From the NCBI GenBank assembly GCA_963790305.1, contig CAWBOC010000001.1, positions 105,904 to 169,903 of the forward strand: 64,000 nucleotides of DNA, written 5' to 3'. The notes beneath the pieces are model-generated. The model had not been told where the DNA came from and did no database searches. It was given only the letters and a program-made list of their open reading frames with translations. The translations under genes were made by a program, and so were the position numbers. The DNA is from an uncultured Gemmatimonadaceae bacterium. GTDB taxonomy: Bacteria > Gemmatimonadota > Gemmatimonadetes > Gemmatimonadales > Gemmatimonadaceae. Position 1 is the first letter of the stretch, and each line of letters opens with the position of its first letter. Below are positions 1 to 10,897 of the stretch, in pieces.

Positions 1-481
1 TGCGACCACACCGAGCGCGAATGCGATATCGGTCGCCATTGGTATTCCCCAGCCTGGTGCCCCGGGGCCGCCCACGTTCAGCGCTGCATAGATGCCAGCC
101 GGCACGAGCATCCCACCAAGCGCACCGGCAATGGGAAGGGCGGCCTGCCGCGGAGACGCAAGCTCGCCGACCAACATCTCACGCTTGATCTCGAGCCCCA
201 CCAGAAAGAAGAAGACAGCCATTAAGCCGTCGTTGATCCAATGGTGCAGGCTGAGAGTGAGTCCGTACCCAGGGAATCCAATGGTTAGCGGCACCTCCCA
301 CAGAATGATGGTAGCTCTCCGCCCATGGCGAGTTCGCCCAGCCGAGCGCGAGAGCGGTACACGCCAACAGTACAATTCCACCCGAGGATTCCGTTCGGGC
401 GAACCGCTGGAACGGATGGAGCACGCGATCAATGAGTCGCGTGGAAGCGCTAGGCGTTTCAGCGACCGGATTGCTGGTCAT
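1..481 (-). CDS. nhaA: Na+/H+ antiporter NhaA, N-terminal part (runs off window; indel near 300)
   Basis: Stitched translation gives [31 protein letters not shown] and [15 protein letters not shown], which are NhaA signature motifs. Confidence 0.92.
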
Positions 482-870
482 GAAATGAGGTGCCGGGAAT
501 GCCGAGTCTGGTCGGAAAGTAGGCTGGTACAATGATGAATGCTCACGCGAGGATTCGCTCAACGTAGCAAGCTGTGAGCGCGGCGAGGTGCCAGGCAGGG
601 TCAAAGGGCTGCCGGATCCGGCAGCAGCGAGAGAAGCCGTGCCCCCATGCCGGCAGGACCCTTGTCTTCAACAGCCCTCTCAGTTGTTCCGCTGGGTACG
701 TAGCGATCACTCGTTATGCGGCAGATCGCTCGCCGGTGTGCCGCTAGTGTGCCAACCTATCCAGAACTCACGCAAACTGCATGAATCTCTGCGAAACAAA
801 CCGCAAGGTAAGTCTCACCGAAGAGCGGACATAGGCGCACTCAACGCAACGCAGAAAAACAACTCGGGCA

Positions 871-914
871 GACTGTTAATCAGAGGGTCGTGGGTTCGAG
901 GCCCACCCCGGGAG
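871..914 (+). mobile_element. 3' half of tRNA-Asn(GTT); probable attachment-site remnant of an integrated element
   Basis: GACTGTTAATCAGAGGGTCGTGGGTTCGAGGCCCACCCCGGGAG contains the anticodon loop, an intact T-arm (GTGGG/CCCAC) and the acceptor 3' strand. No D-arm or 5' acceptor strand lies upstream. GTGTGCC direct repeats occur at 736 and 747. Confidence 0.75.
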
Positions 915-938
915 TTGTTGAAACACAATGTTATGCGA

Positions 939-971
939 AAGGGCCGCCCACTGAGGGCGGCCCTTCTTTTT
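939..971 (+). terminator. Rho-independent terminator (possibly bidirectional)
   Basis: AAGGGCCGCCC-ACTGA-GGGCGGCCCTT followed by a T-run. Confidence 0.8.
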
Positions 972-1022
972 GGGGCGATTGGTCTGCGGATAGCCTGCCA
1001 CTCGGCGACCTTGAAGCCCGCA

Positions 1023-2361
1023 TCACCGCTCGACCGCGAAGTGCCCCATCATCCCCTGCTCGTGATGCTCGAGGATGTGGCAGTGGTACATCCACTCCCC
1101 GGGCCGGTCGTCCGCAACCCACGCGATCCGCACGCGACCTTTGGGCGGCACGTTGATCGTGTCCTCCCATGAGCGGAACGCCGGCGGCTCGCCGTTCACC
1201 TCGAGCACCTGGAAAAAGAAGCCGTGCAGGTGAAATGGATGGTCCATCATCGTGTCGTTGATGACGTCCCACACCTGCAGCTCGCCGACCTTCACCGGCT
1301 TGTCGCGGTGGTGCGGCTCCTTGTTGACGACGAACGTTACGCCGTGCCGCAGACTGGGCTTGAATCCCAGGTGAACCTCGCGCGTGGGTGAAACCGGTCC
1401 CGACACCAGCGGCTCGATACGCCGAAGGGTCGACGGGATCACCGCCTGCGACGGCGCAGCCGGCCCCACGCGCACCGTCGCGAACAGCTCGTTCTTCGCG
1501 CGGGCAACCGTCATTCGGTTGTACTTCAGTGCCTCGACGCGCGATCGTCTCTCCCTCGGTGAACGGTCCCACCGCGATGTCCACGCGGTCGGCCGGCGTG
1601 AGAAGCACCTCGTTTACGGTCACCGGCGCTTCGATCAGTCCGCCGTCGGTGCCGAGGATCGTGAAGGGCCGCCCGCCGATCGAGAGGCGGACGTAGCGCG
1701 CGCTCGATGCGTTGACGATCCGCCAGCGCTCGATCTGGCCGGCTGCCATGGTGAGCTCCGGCTCGGCCTTGCCATTGACCAGCCGAGTGCCGCCCTGACG
1801 ACCATCGTGTCCCTCGATCAGGCCGCCGAGCTTCTTGATCTGTCCCTTGCGGTCGAGCTTCACGTCGTCGAATACCAGCACCCGCTCGGCATCCAGTGTC
1901 GGCTCGTTAGGTCCGCGCACGATGAGCGCCCCGTAGAGCCCACGCTCGAGCTGCACCGTCTCGTTCATGTGCGGGTGATACCAGAACGTGCCGGCGTCAC
2001 GGAGCGTGAAGCGATACGTGAACGTGTCGCCAGGCTTGATTGGGCGCTGGACCATGTCGGTGCCGTCCATCGCGGCCGGCAGGCGGAGCCCATGCCAGTG
2101 GATGACGGTCGGCTCGGGAAGGTGGTTGGTGAGTCGCAGCTCCAGGACATCGCCGACACGCGCTTCGATGACCGGTCCCGGGATCTGACCGTTGAAGCCC
2201 CACGCCCTGGTCATAATGCCAGGGACGAACTCCCAGTCGGTCTCTCGAGCTTCAAGGTCCACCTCGACAACCGACCCATCGGCGTGTGGTACTGCGGCGT
2301 CGTACGCTTGCGTGTAGGCAGCAAGCGCGTCACCTGCTAGCTCCATGGACGGCAGGTCCAT
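1023..2361 (-). CDS. Multicopper oxidase (indel near 1530)
   Basis: Copper motifs HWHG, WYHPH, HPFHLHG and YHCHILEH across ORFs 931..2514 and 1023..1514. Confidence 0.9.
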
Positions 2362-2574
2362 GCCCGTGTGTGTGCTCTCCCTTTCCGTGGTCGTGATGAT
2401 GTGATCCCGACATAGGAGTGTCCGCGCAAAGGTTGTGGATGGAAGCAGCGACGTCATCAAGCCGGGCCGGCGGGCGCGTACCAGTCGCGTGGGGCATCGG
2501 CAGGACACGCGCAATATGTTGTTAGGTCGGCCATGGGTAAAGATCGGAGCGCGCTCAACGGACCGGCCCCTTCC

Positions 2575-3529
2575 TCACAGTTTCACCTGGACTCCCGAAA
2601 TCAGCGACCGCAGCGCGCGTTTGACGGGAGGCGGCATGCTGCTGTCGTACTGCTCCCTGAACGCAATCGAGAGCCCGAAGTTCGTCGTCATCATTCCAAC
2701 AAGCCGCGCGTTGAATTCCGCTTGCCGGTATGGTGTGGTGGCACGCAGGCTCCAGAAGTAATGCATGTCCTGTTGGAAGCTGATCATGGGCGTCAGTTGC
2801 AGGGATAGGACATTGTGCACACCGGTAATTGGTCCCTCGACACCGGCCGGGACGTTCGCCGCAAATGAGAGCACTCGCCCGTACTCGGTCTGTTCATTCT
2901 TTCCGTACCCAAGCCCCGGCGCGAGCAGCAGCGACACTCGGGCTGACTTCACGACGAAGTACCCCAGGCCAGCGATCGTCGTAGAACGGTACTTCAAGTA
3001 TTGCACATGGTTGACCTCGAACTGGCTTCGACCCATCAACACCACGCGCGGCGTGAGCATCCGGCGCCCACCAAGCGTCAGCCCCCACTGATCCACGTCG
3101 GCGGAGTCTGGTTCCCGGCGCCAGTAACTCAAATTCCCGTCGAGCGTGAGCGCACCTCGCGCACCGCTCCGCGCAACTCCGAGGGTCATCTGTGCGCCCA
3201 GCGTCGAGCCCGCGATGCCGGGCGCAATCGTCGATATGTGCGTCATGGAGGCGGTCAGCTGTACCGGACCACGGGGAGGGAGGAGGAGGCGGCGGCGGTA
3301 CGGGCGACCGCGATGCGACGGCGGCCGAATCGATCACCACCTCGCCCAGTCCATCCACGGAGATGTGAATCTTGCCGTCTCCGGCCGCCGTCACGCGTCC
3401 CACCAGGCTACTGCCGCCGACCAGCTGGATGACCTCCAGCGATGCGGGCGTGGGTGTCTGAGCCGCCACACGGTGGGTGGGGGCGCACACCAGCAGAATG
3501 AAAGCGGGAAGAAGGTGCGATGGCCGCAT
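2575..3529 (-). CDS. DUF481-like outer-membrane beta-barrel protein (indel near 3260)
   Basis: Signal peptide, Pro-rich linker ending in SPWSG, then amphipathic beta strands ending GVQVKL. Confidence 0.65.
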
Positions 3530-3531
3530 GG

Positions 3532-4881
3532 TTAGTGTCTCGCCAGAGGTTTGGAGGTTCGGACGGCGACGACGACTTCACGAATCGCCTGGCTGGAGAA
3601 TGCCGCTTCCGTCTTGTTGACAGTCAACGAGCCATGAGTGGCCGTTGGAAGCAACCAGTGACTGCTGTTGGTGGACAGTTTCGGAAGATCATCCTGCAGC
3701 GCCGCCCAGCCTTCCTGTGCGTCTGTCAACGCGGTAACGACCATCAGCGGGCGATCGCCTAACGTGACGAGAGCGCCCGCTTGCTCCATGGCTCGCGGTG
3801 CTGACGCCCATTCGTCACGTTGGCTGCGAGCCATGCGGGCCGTGGACCAGAACAAGTGCTCTTCGGCGGCCGATTCACTGGGCAAGCTGTCAAACGAGTG
3901 TCGGTACGCGACCCGCCCCACTCCGAATCGGGCGAGGGACGGAAACAGCGCCGAGATGCGACGAAATCCATCGTAGAATCGCGGATAGGCTGGCAGCGTG
4001 AATTGGCGTGGGTCTGTCGAGTCGAGCAGCACGATGCCGGCTGTCTGATTCGGGTACCGCGCCGCGAACGCGCGCACATAGAGGCCACCGAAAGAATGAC
4101 CTGCCAGCACATACGGGGGTGTCTCGCGCGCGCTCGTCAGCAACGCATTGAGGTCGGTGGCGACGGCGATGCCGTCCTGCTGGCCTGGAGCAGGGTCACT
4201 CCACCCGCGTCCCGCGCGATCGTACACACACACTCTGGTGTCGCGCGCAACGTCGGGAGCAATCCATCCCCATACCGCCGAGGTAGAACCATACCCTGGC
4301 ACCAGCACGACCGTCGGCCTACCTGACCCCGCGCAGTGCAGATACATGCGACGCCCGTCACCCACATCGACGAGCTGACCGCGCATGCGGTGCGCGCGGA
4401 GATCGAGGGACTCCCGCACCGTCTCATAACCTCCGGCTATGGCCGCAAACGCCATGACCGCGAACAATGGATAGATCAGCCAGGAGCGAATGCGACTGTG
4501 GAGCTCACGACGCACGCGCAGCGTCATCCAAACGACCAACGCGAGCAGCAGGACCGGTGCTACCCACGCGATCGCGGCAGTCGACACGACGCCCGGCCAG
4601 AGGAGGAGAACGGTGCCTGCCAGCGCAAGCCACCCGGCCGCTATCATCGCCCATCGCTGCGGTTGATCACTCCGTCGAGCCGACAGCGCGGCGAGCAGCA
4701 CAGCCCCGGCAGCGAACGCAAAAAGGACCGCCGCACTGATCACGTTCTCACGAGCGCCGGCGACGACAACGATGACCAGGACGATGGAAAGAAGGACCGC
4801 GGCCAATAAGGACACGATCACGATCCAGGCGATATTGCGCGTCGAGGGAAGCGGAGGCGATGGGTCAGGAATCGGCATCAC
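3532..4881 (-). CDS. Membrane-anchored alpha/beta hydrolase
   Basis: N-terminal TM helices; YDRAGRG and GHSFGG nucleophile motif. Confidence 0.85.
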   Translation of the reverse strand: MMPIPDPSPPLPSTRNIAWIVIVSLLAAVLLSIVLVIVVVAGARENVISAAVLFAFAAGAVLLAALSARRSDQPQRWAMIAAGWLALAGTVLLLWPGVVSTAAIAWVAPVLLLALVVWMTLRVRRELHSRIRSWLIYPLFAVMAFAAIAGGYETVRESLDLRAHRMRGQLVDVGDGRRMYLHCAGSGRPTVVLVPGYGSTSAVWGWIAPDVARDTRVCVYDRAGRGWSDPAPGQQDGIAVATDLNALLTSARETPPYVLAGHSFGGLYVRAFAARYPNQTAGIVLLDSTDPRQFTLPAYPRFYDGFRRISALFPSLARFGVGRVAYRHSFDSLPSESAAEEHLFWSTARMARSQRDEWASAPRAMEQAGALVTLGDRPLMVVTALTDAQEGWAALQDDLPKLSTNSSHWLLPTATHGSLTVNKTEAAFSSQAIREVVVAVRTSKPLARH

Positions 4882-5077
4882 CGGACCTCTCTTGGAAGGG
4901 GACGCCGCGAGAACGTGCGACGCCGGTCTGCATACCTGGTAGAATTCCCCAAATGTGGCGCGGTATCAGCCAAGCCGGAACGATGCGCAAAGGGTAAAGA
5001 CGGCCGCGTGCCAATACGGGTCCGGGAATGGATGCTTCTCAGGCGCAACGTCGGCGAAATCACTTGAGGAGGTACGC

Positions 5078-5491
5078 ATGGAATACGCGATCGGAACCGT
5101 TGTCGCTCTGCTCACTGCCCTCTTCGCGAGACTGACGCGGTTCGACCAGGATCGTGCATTCTATCCGACGGTGCTCGTCGTGATCGCCTTGTATTACATC
5201 TTGTTCGCGGCCATGGGAGGATCGGCTCACGCGCTCCGACTGGAATCCATTCAACTCGCCATTTTCGCGGGTATCGCAGTCGTCGGATTCAGGTCGAGCC
5301 TGTGGTGGGTCGTTGCAGGTTTGGCCGGTCACGGAGTATTCGATCTCGCTCACGGGCATCTAGTACAGAATCCGGGTGTGCCCGCTTGGTGGCCAGGCTT
5401 CTGTTCGGCCGCCGATGTGTTCCTTGCAGCGAGCCTGGGGTGGCTTCTGTATCGCGGAGTCGTACTCGCACGAGCTGTTCGCCTCTCGTAG
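5078..5491 (+). CDS. Small membrane protein, hypothetical
   Basis: GAGGAGG RBS; hydrophobic helices; HGVFD and PAWWPGFC motifs. Confidence 0.7.
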   Translation: MEYAIGTVVALLTALFARLTRFDQDRAFYPTVLVVIALYYILFAAMGGSAHALRLESIQLAIFAGIAVVGFRSSLWWVVAGLAGHGVFDLAHGHLVQNPGVPAWWPGFCSAADVFLAASLGWLLYRGVVLARAVRLS

Positions 5492-5563
5492 CTCGTTTCT
5501 CGCCGCGCCGAGGTCCGACGCTCGTGGATTTTGTTGTGGTCGACCGCTGTCGCGGCGCTGATT

Positions 5564-5977
5564 ATGCGAAACGGGGATGACCATGGTTCACCAGCCCCTT
5601 CCTCGCCCTTTCATCCCCGCCGGGGATCCAGCAACGCTGTGAAGGGGGACGCGCGGGACGAAGCGATTCTGGAAACGCTCACCGGCCTGTACAACACCGG
5701 TGAGCTGCAATGCGCCGAAGGGCGACTGCGCATCTCGCCGCTTTTCGATACCGACGAAATACGTCTCCGGGGGCCGAGCGCCTGGGACTACAGTGTCCGC
5801 TTCGGCGAGGACCGCTTGAGGGACCTCATCAACGAAAGCCGAGTCCCTGTGTCCGAAGAGCTCGTGAGGATGTTGCTCTGCCTCATCTATCATCACCCAG
5901 ACCGACACGCGTGGGTGACCAAGGAGCGCGCCGAGCGCTACCGCGCGGACGCGAGCGAGCGGACCCGGCCGGGGTGA
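5564..5977 (+). CDS. Hypothetical protein
   Basis: ORF with protein-like composition; start uncertain. Confidence 0.45.
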   Translation: MRNGDDHGSPAPSSPFHPRRGSSNAVKGDARDEAILETLTGLYNTGELQCAEGRLRISPLFDTDEIRLRGPSAWDYSVRFGEDRLRDLINESRVPVSEELVRMLLCLIYHHPDRHAWVTKERAERYRADASERTRPG

Positions 5978-6004
5978 TGGCCTAACCGCCAGGAACCCCT
6001 GTCG

Positions 6005-6298
6005 TCATTGGATCGGCTGGATGCAGGACGCGACCATCTCATCGACAGTCCCGTCGACCAGCACGCCCGCCGTCGCCATGTCCCCGGAGGATCGAAGATC
6101 GCCGACTCGCTGCCGAATCGCGTTCGCGATTTCGAAGTCAGCAACGCCTCGATCGCGAAGATCCTCGACGTACTCGCAGATCGCGTCGCGCAGGACTTCG
6201 AGCGAAGCGCGATGTTGAGCGTCGGCCGACAGGAGAGCCTGACGCAATGCGGGCGAGAAGGGATGCTCCTTCCCATTTCTACTGGATGCAGGTGACAC
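6005..6298 (-). CDS. Small helical hypothetical protein
   Basis: GGAGG RBS before GTG; LRDAICEYVEDLRDRG resembles the neighbouring ORF. Confidence 0.55.
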   Translation of the reverse strand: MSPASSRNGKEHPFSPALRQALLSADAQHRASLEVLRDAICEYVEDLRDRGVADFEIANAIRQRVGDLRSSGDMATAGVLVDGTVDEMVASCIQPIQ

Positions 6299-6421
6299 GG
6301 GACGCCTCCAAATGAGGCGTCGCCAGAAGCGCCTGTAGATTGTGCGACGTGCCACTCGGGAGCGTAGCGGGCTGGTGAGCGAACCGCGAATCAACCGCTC
6401 CCGATGCGAGGTCGATCGGCG

Positions 6422-6787
6422 CTAGGTGCCGTCCCCCGGCCGGCCGCGTCGTGCTGAAGCGGGCAGTATGGTCGCGGGGTAGTATGCCAGGATGGACCAG
6501 CGAATGATCTCGTCCATGAAAAGGTCCGCCGCGCGCGCGGCCACCGGATGCTCGAGGGACGGGTGCGACACCGTATGCTGCATGAAGGCACGCATGGTGA
6601 CGACCATCGCCTCGGGCAGCATTCCCTGCTGCTGAAGCTCCTCGACGCAGGCCCCAATGGCCGCGCGAAGCTCTGTTACCGCGGCGGCGTGCCTGCGAAA
6701 GGCGCTCTCGAGCGCGAGCTCGACGCGGGCGGAAACACGAGGCGTGAGCGCGAAAGGCGGTTCGCGAACGGCGATGGTGTTGGGCAA
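6422..6787 (-). CDS. Small helical hypothetical protein
   Basis: LRAAIGACVEELQQQGMLPEAMVV...W.ILAYY; start uncertain. Confidence 0.55.
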   Translation of the reverse strand: MPNTIAVREPPFALTPRVSARVELALESAFRRHAAAVTELRAAIGACVEELQQQGMLPEAMVVTMRAFMQHTVSHPSLEHPVAARAADLFMDEIIRWSILAYYPATILPASARRGRPGDGT

Positions 6788-7061
6788 CGGTCGGCTCCCG
6801 CCTTCGGAGGCGCCGCCAGAAGCGCCGTAATCATGCTCACGAGCGGGACGCGCGGAGCTGGTGACGACCCCCGCACCTATGGACCATAACGTCGGCGACT
6901 GAGCGGTACAAGAGCCGCGGCCGATGAGCTGCACTTCGCCGCACCTTCCTTGACGCATGTATCCGCCTGTCTATGTTGGACAGGTAGCCGGCCAAAGCCC
7001 GCCGCGTGCGTGCGACGTCCGTCGCATAAGCGCTTCGCGGTGAGCGAGATGGAGGTGGAGG

Positions 7062-7960
7062 ATGGAGAGACCGCGCGCATCCATCGCGATCGCCGCGACG
7101 ATCCTCAGTGTCCTGCTCGCGGGGGTGTTCCTCGCCGCCGGCGTTCCCAAGCTCATCGGCGCCGAGCCGCTGATTCTCCAGGCCGCCGCGATGCGCGGAT
7201 TCCCCGAGTGGATCCGCATCGTCGTCGCGATCGTCGAGGTCATCGGGGCAATCGGGCTTCTCATTCCGGCGACGTCCGCCGTTTCCGCAACGCTGCTCGC
7301 CTTGCTGATGGTTCCGGCGGCGATCACGCAGCGGGTCAGCGGAGAGCCAGGCATTCTCGTCCCGGCTGCGCTCTTCATCCTGCTCCTCATCCTCGCGGCG
7401 CTTCGCCAACCCGATGCCTTGCGCAGGATCTGGCGCGAAGCGCGCCACGCACCACACCCGGTATTTCGCGAAGGTGTGATCGCGGGTGTCCTCGGTGCCA
7501 CCGCGATCGCCGTGTGGTTCTTCATCGTCGATCTGGTCGCCGGCCAGACGCTGTTCACACCGACGACGCTTGGACGAGCGGTGTTCAGCGTGCTCGGGGC
7601 AGTGCCCGACAGCGAGAGCCCGATCATCCACGTGCTCGCGTACACCCTCTTTCACTACGCCGCGTTCATCACGCTCGGAATCGTCGCGGCGGCGATGGTG
7701 CGTCTCGCCGGTGACGAGCCGTCGGTGCTGCTCGGGTTCGTGATCCTGTTCGTCGCGTTCGAGGTGGGGTTCTACGCCTTCGTCGCGGTGCTGTCACAGG
7801 TGAGCCCGCTCGGCGAGCTGGCCTGGTGGCAGGTGATGGTTGGGAACCTGATCGCGGCCGCGGCAATGGGGATCTATCTTGCTGCGGAAACACCCCGTGC
7901 TGCGAGAGCAGTTCAGGCACTCGATGGACGCGCAGCCGTGGAGGACGACGAGGCTGAGGT
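7062..7960 (+). CDS. DoxX-family membrane protein with extra TM domain (3' end uncertain)
   Basis: FLAAGVPKL...EVIGAIGLLIP DoxX pattern; many TM helices; ORF runs into the repeat region. Confidence 0.7.
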
Positions 7961-8047
7961 GATCGAGGTGCGTCGAGGGGTCGAGGTGATCAAGGTCAGA
8001 CAGCAGCCTTGACTCCTCGATCATCCTCGACGCACCTCGACAACCTG
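7941..8047. repeat. Inverted array of ~9-nt units (GAGGTGATC / GATCATCCTC-like), hairpin between convergent genes
   Basis: Units visible in direct then inverted orientation. Confidence 0.65.
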
Positions 8048-8619
8048 CTTCTCTCCAGCCTTTCCCGTACCACCGGCCACTCGCGATCCAGAATGCTGTA
8101 CATGGCGGAGTCGCGAATTCGTCCCGACGCCGTGATCAGGTGTGCGCGCAGGATTCCCTCCTCCACCGCCCCGATCCTGAGAATCGCCGCGCGCGACTGC
8201 TGATTGAGTGCATCCGTCTTGAGCTCGACGCGGATGCAGCCGAGCACGTCGAACGCGTGGCGGAGCATCAGATACTTCGCCTCGGTGTTGCACGCCGTGC
8301 GCTGACGGTCGCGGCGTAGCCAGGTCCACCCGATTTCCACACGGCGGTTCGACATATCGATGTTGCCGAACCGCGTGCTGCCAATGATCTCTCCGGTCGA
8401 GGCATCCAGCGTCGCGAACGGCAGCGCGGTGCCGGCGCGCTGCGCCTCGAGCGCCGCGTCGACGTAGACTCGCATGTCCTCCAACGACGCGATCTGCGTC
8501 AGCGTCCACCGCCACAGCTCCTGATCGGCGGCTGCCGCGAACATCGCCTCCGTGTGCGCGAGCGTGAGCGGCTCGAGCCGAACATGACGGCCCGACAGCG
8601 TGACGGGACTGACCTTCAC
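7996..8619 (-). CDS. GNAT N-acetyltransferase (RimJ/RimL-like)
   Basis: VEIGWTW, NTEAKYLMLRHAF, RVELKTD.LN.QS.AAI.RIGA..EG. Confidence 0.88.
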   Translation of the reverse strand: MKVSPVTLSGRHVRLEPLTLAHTEAMFAAAADQELWRWTLTQIASLEDMRVYVDAALEAQRAGTALPFATLDASTGEIIGSTRFGNIDMSNRRVEIGWTWLRRDRQRTACNTEAKYLMLRHAFDVLGCIRVELKTDALNQQSRAAILRIGAVEEGILRAHLITASGRIRDSAMYSILDREWPVVRERLERSRLSRCVEDDRGVKAAV

Positions 8620-8647
8620 GGAATGTTCGGGTGGGGGTGGGCAAGGA

Positions 8648-8693
8648 AGGTAGACCAGGGTGCCGACGCGCGATCGACACCCCTGGTCTACCT
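8648..8693. promoter_or_regulatory. Near-perfect inverted repeat in the divergent promoter region upstream of the biosynthetic operon
   Basis: AGGTAGACCAGGGTGCCGA...TCGACACCCCTGGTCTACCT. Confidence 0.55.
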
Positions 8694-8797
8694 CTTGGTT
8701 CCTACGTCATCCCCGAAGCCCGACTACGTAGGTCGGCGGATGGGTGCGCCGGATTGACCAGGTCGCACATTGCTCCCATGCGGACCTGGAGTGGGCC

Positions 8798-9765
8798 ATG
8801 ACGTCGATCGGTGCGATCCGGTACGAGTTCCCCGCTGGAACGCGGTCTGTCCGCGAGCTGGCGGCGGCCGGTCTGCTCGAGTCGACCGCGGATACGCTCG
8901 AGTCGCTCGGCTTCGAGCAGGTGCGCGTTGCATGCGAGGAGTCGTCGTACTCCCTCGCCCTGCGCCGCGAGCAGCCGTCTCATCGAAGAATACGGCATCG
9001 ACCGCGACAGCATCGGGCTGCTGGTGTACGGCGGCGCGCCCGGGCGGGCTCGCGTTCTCCGCCGGCACGAACACTCGCCGGCGCGGCCGGCGACGTCGTC
9101 TCCGACCGCACGCTTCCGCTATCCCTCCACGCGACTTCAGTACGACCTCGGTCTCGAGCGCGCGGCGGTGCTCGCGGTCGACCAGCTCGCGTGCACCACG
9201 CTCTTCGGCGCCGTGCGCGTCGCTCGCGCCCTTTGCATCGCCGAAGGAATCGAGCGCGCGCTCTGCGTCTCCGCCGACATGTACCCGCCACTCGCCGGTC
9301 GTGAGGCGCTCTTCAACTGCACCGCCGACGCCGGCTGCGCGGTGCTCGTCGAGCGCGAAAGTCGCCACGCAACCGCATCGTCGCCGCGCGCACCGTCACC
9401 AAGGGCTACTACTGGGATGCCGACGCCATGCGCGACGAGATCGTCGCGTCGTACTTCCCGACCGCACGCCACGTCATCGCCGAAACGGTGCGCGATGCGG
9501 GATGGACGCTTGCCGACGTCGACTGGGTAATTCCGCATAACGTCAGCCGGCGCAGTTGGGAGATCCTGATGGGACTCGTCGGCGCTTCCCTCGCGCGCGC
9601 CTGTGGGCAGACAACATCGCGCGCGACGGACACACGCTCGCCGGCGACAACTTCATCAATCTGCACGATGCGCTGGCCTGCGGCGCGATCACCCCCGGCG
9701 ACCGGTTGCTGCTCTTCTCGTACGGCTACGGCGCGCACTGGACCGCTCTCGCGGTGGAGGCCTGA
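8798..9765 (+). CDS. 3-oxoacyl-ACP synthase III (FabH-like) family enzyme (several indels)
   Basis: Stitched motifs DQLACTT (Cys), ALCVSAD, VIPHNV, GHTLAGDN and LLLFSYGYGAHW. Confidence 0.85.
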
Positions 9766-9766
9766 C

Positions 9767-10869
9767 GTGAGCATCCCTCGCTCGATTCTGGTTACGGGCG
9801 CCACCGGGCCTCATCGGCCGCCGCGTGGTCGCCTCGCTTCTGCGCCGCACCAATGCGCCCAATCGTCGTTCTGGTCCGCGATCCGGCACGGTGGCAGGCG
9901 ACGGCGACGCACCTCGGCGCAGGCGCCGCTCGAGTGACGGCCGTGCGCGCCGACATCACGCTTCCCGCCCTCGGGCTGGACCTGCGGACAATGACGCGCT
10001 GTCTCGGCGCGCCATTCCTGCTCGTCCACAGTGCCGGTGACATCGTCTTCTCGCGATCGCTGGCTGACTCGCGCCGCGTGAACGTCGAAGGCACCCGCAA
10101 CGTCATCGAGCTCGCCTATTCATTCTCCGATGCACGGCTCGTTCACGTGAGTACGGCGTTCGCCGTTGGGCCGGCGCACCGGGTTCATCCCGCGAAGGCG
10201 CGGACGCTGCCGGTGAAGGCTGGGTGAACGCGTACGAGCAGTCGAAGCACGAGGCGGAGCGTGATCGTGCGCGAAAGCGGCCTCGAGTACGCGATCGCGC
10301 GGCCGAGCACGGTCGTCTGCGACGATGTCGCGCGGCGCGGTGACGCAGGTGAATGCCGTGCACCGCGCGCTGCGTCTCTATCACGCCGGGCTGGCGTCGA
10401 TGATGCCGGGTTCGGAGGACACGCCGGTCGACGTCATCCCCGCCGACTGGGTGGCGGATGCCATCGCGCGTCTGTCGCTCGCCGCGACTGCGTCGGGCCG
10501 CACGGTACATCTCTGTGCCGGCGACGGCGCGCTTCCCCTCGGCGCGCTGCTCGATCGCACGTACGCGGTCTGGTCGCGGCGATACGAGCTGGCGGCGCCG
10601 AGCGTGGCCCGCCCGCCCTGTCCGAATCTTGGCACATACCAGCTGTTCGAGCGGTCCGTGGACCTCGTGGGTGACGCGCGGCTCAAGCGCATCACGCGGT
10701 CGCTGTCGCACTTCGTGCCGCAGCTCGCGCTCGCCGAAGCGGTTCGACACGTCGCTCTCGCGCGAGCTGCTCGGCGAGACTGCGCCGCCGGTGAGCGCGT
10801 ATTGGGAGCGCATGCTCGAATGGCTTCTCGCTCTCGAACTGGAGCGCCGCGCTCCCGGAGGCTGCGTGA
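9767..10869 (+). CDS. Extended SDR / thioester or fatty-acyl reductase (NAD_binding_4 type; several indels)
   Basis: ILVTGATG, VHSAG, VNVEGTRNV, HVSTAF, NAYEQSK (YxxxK), ARPSTV, VDVIPADWVA. Confidence 0.85.
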
Positions 10870-10897
10870 GCGCGCGGAGCTCGGTTCGCAGGGTGCC

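Noticed and set aside
840..914. Complete tRNA-Asn gene
   Set aside because: No D-arm or 5' acceptor strand; the anticodon stem does not pair fully.
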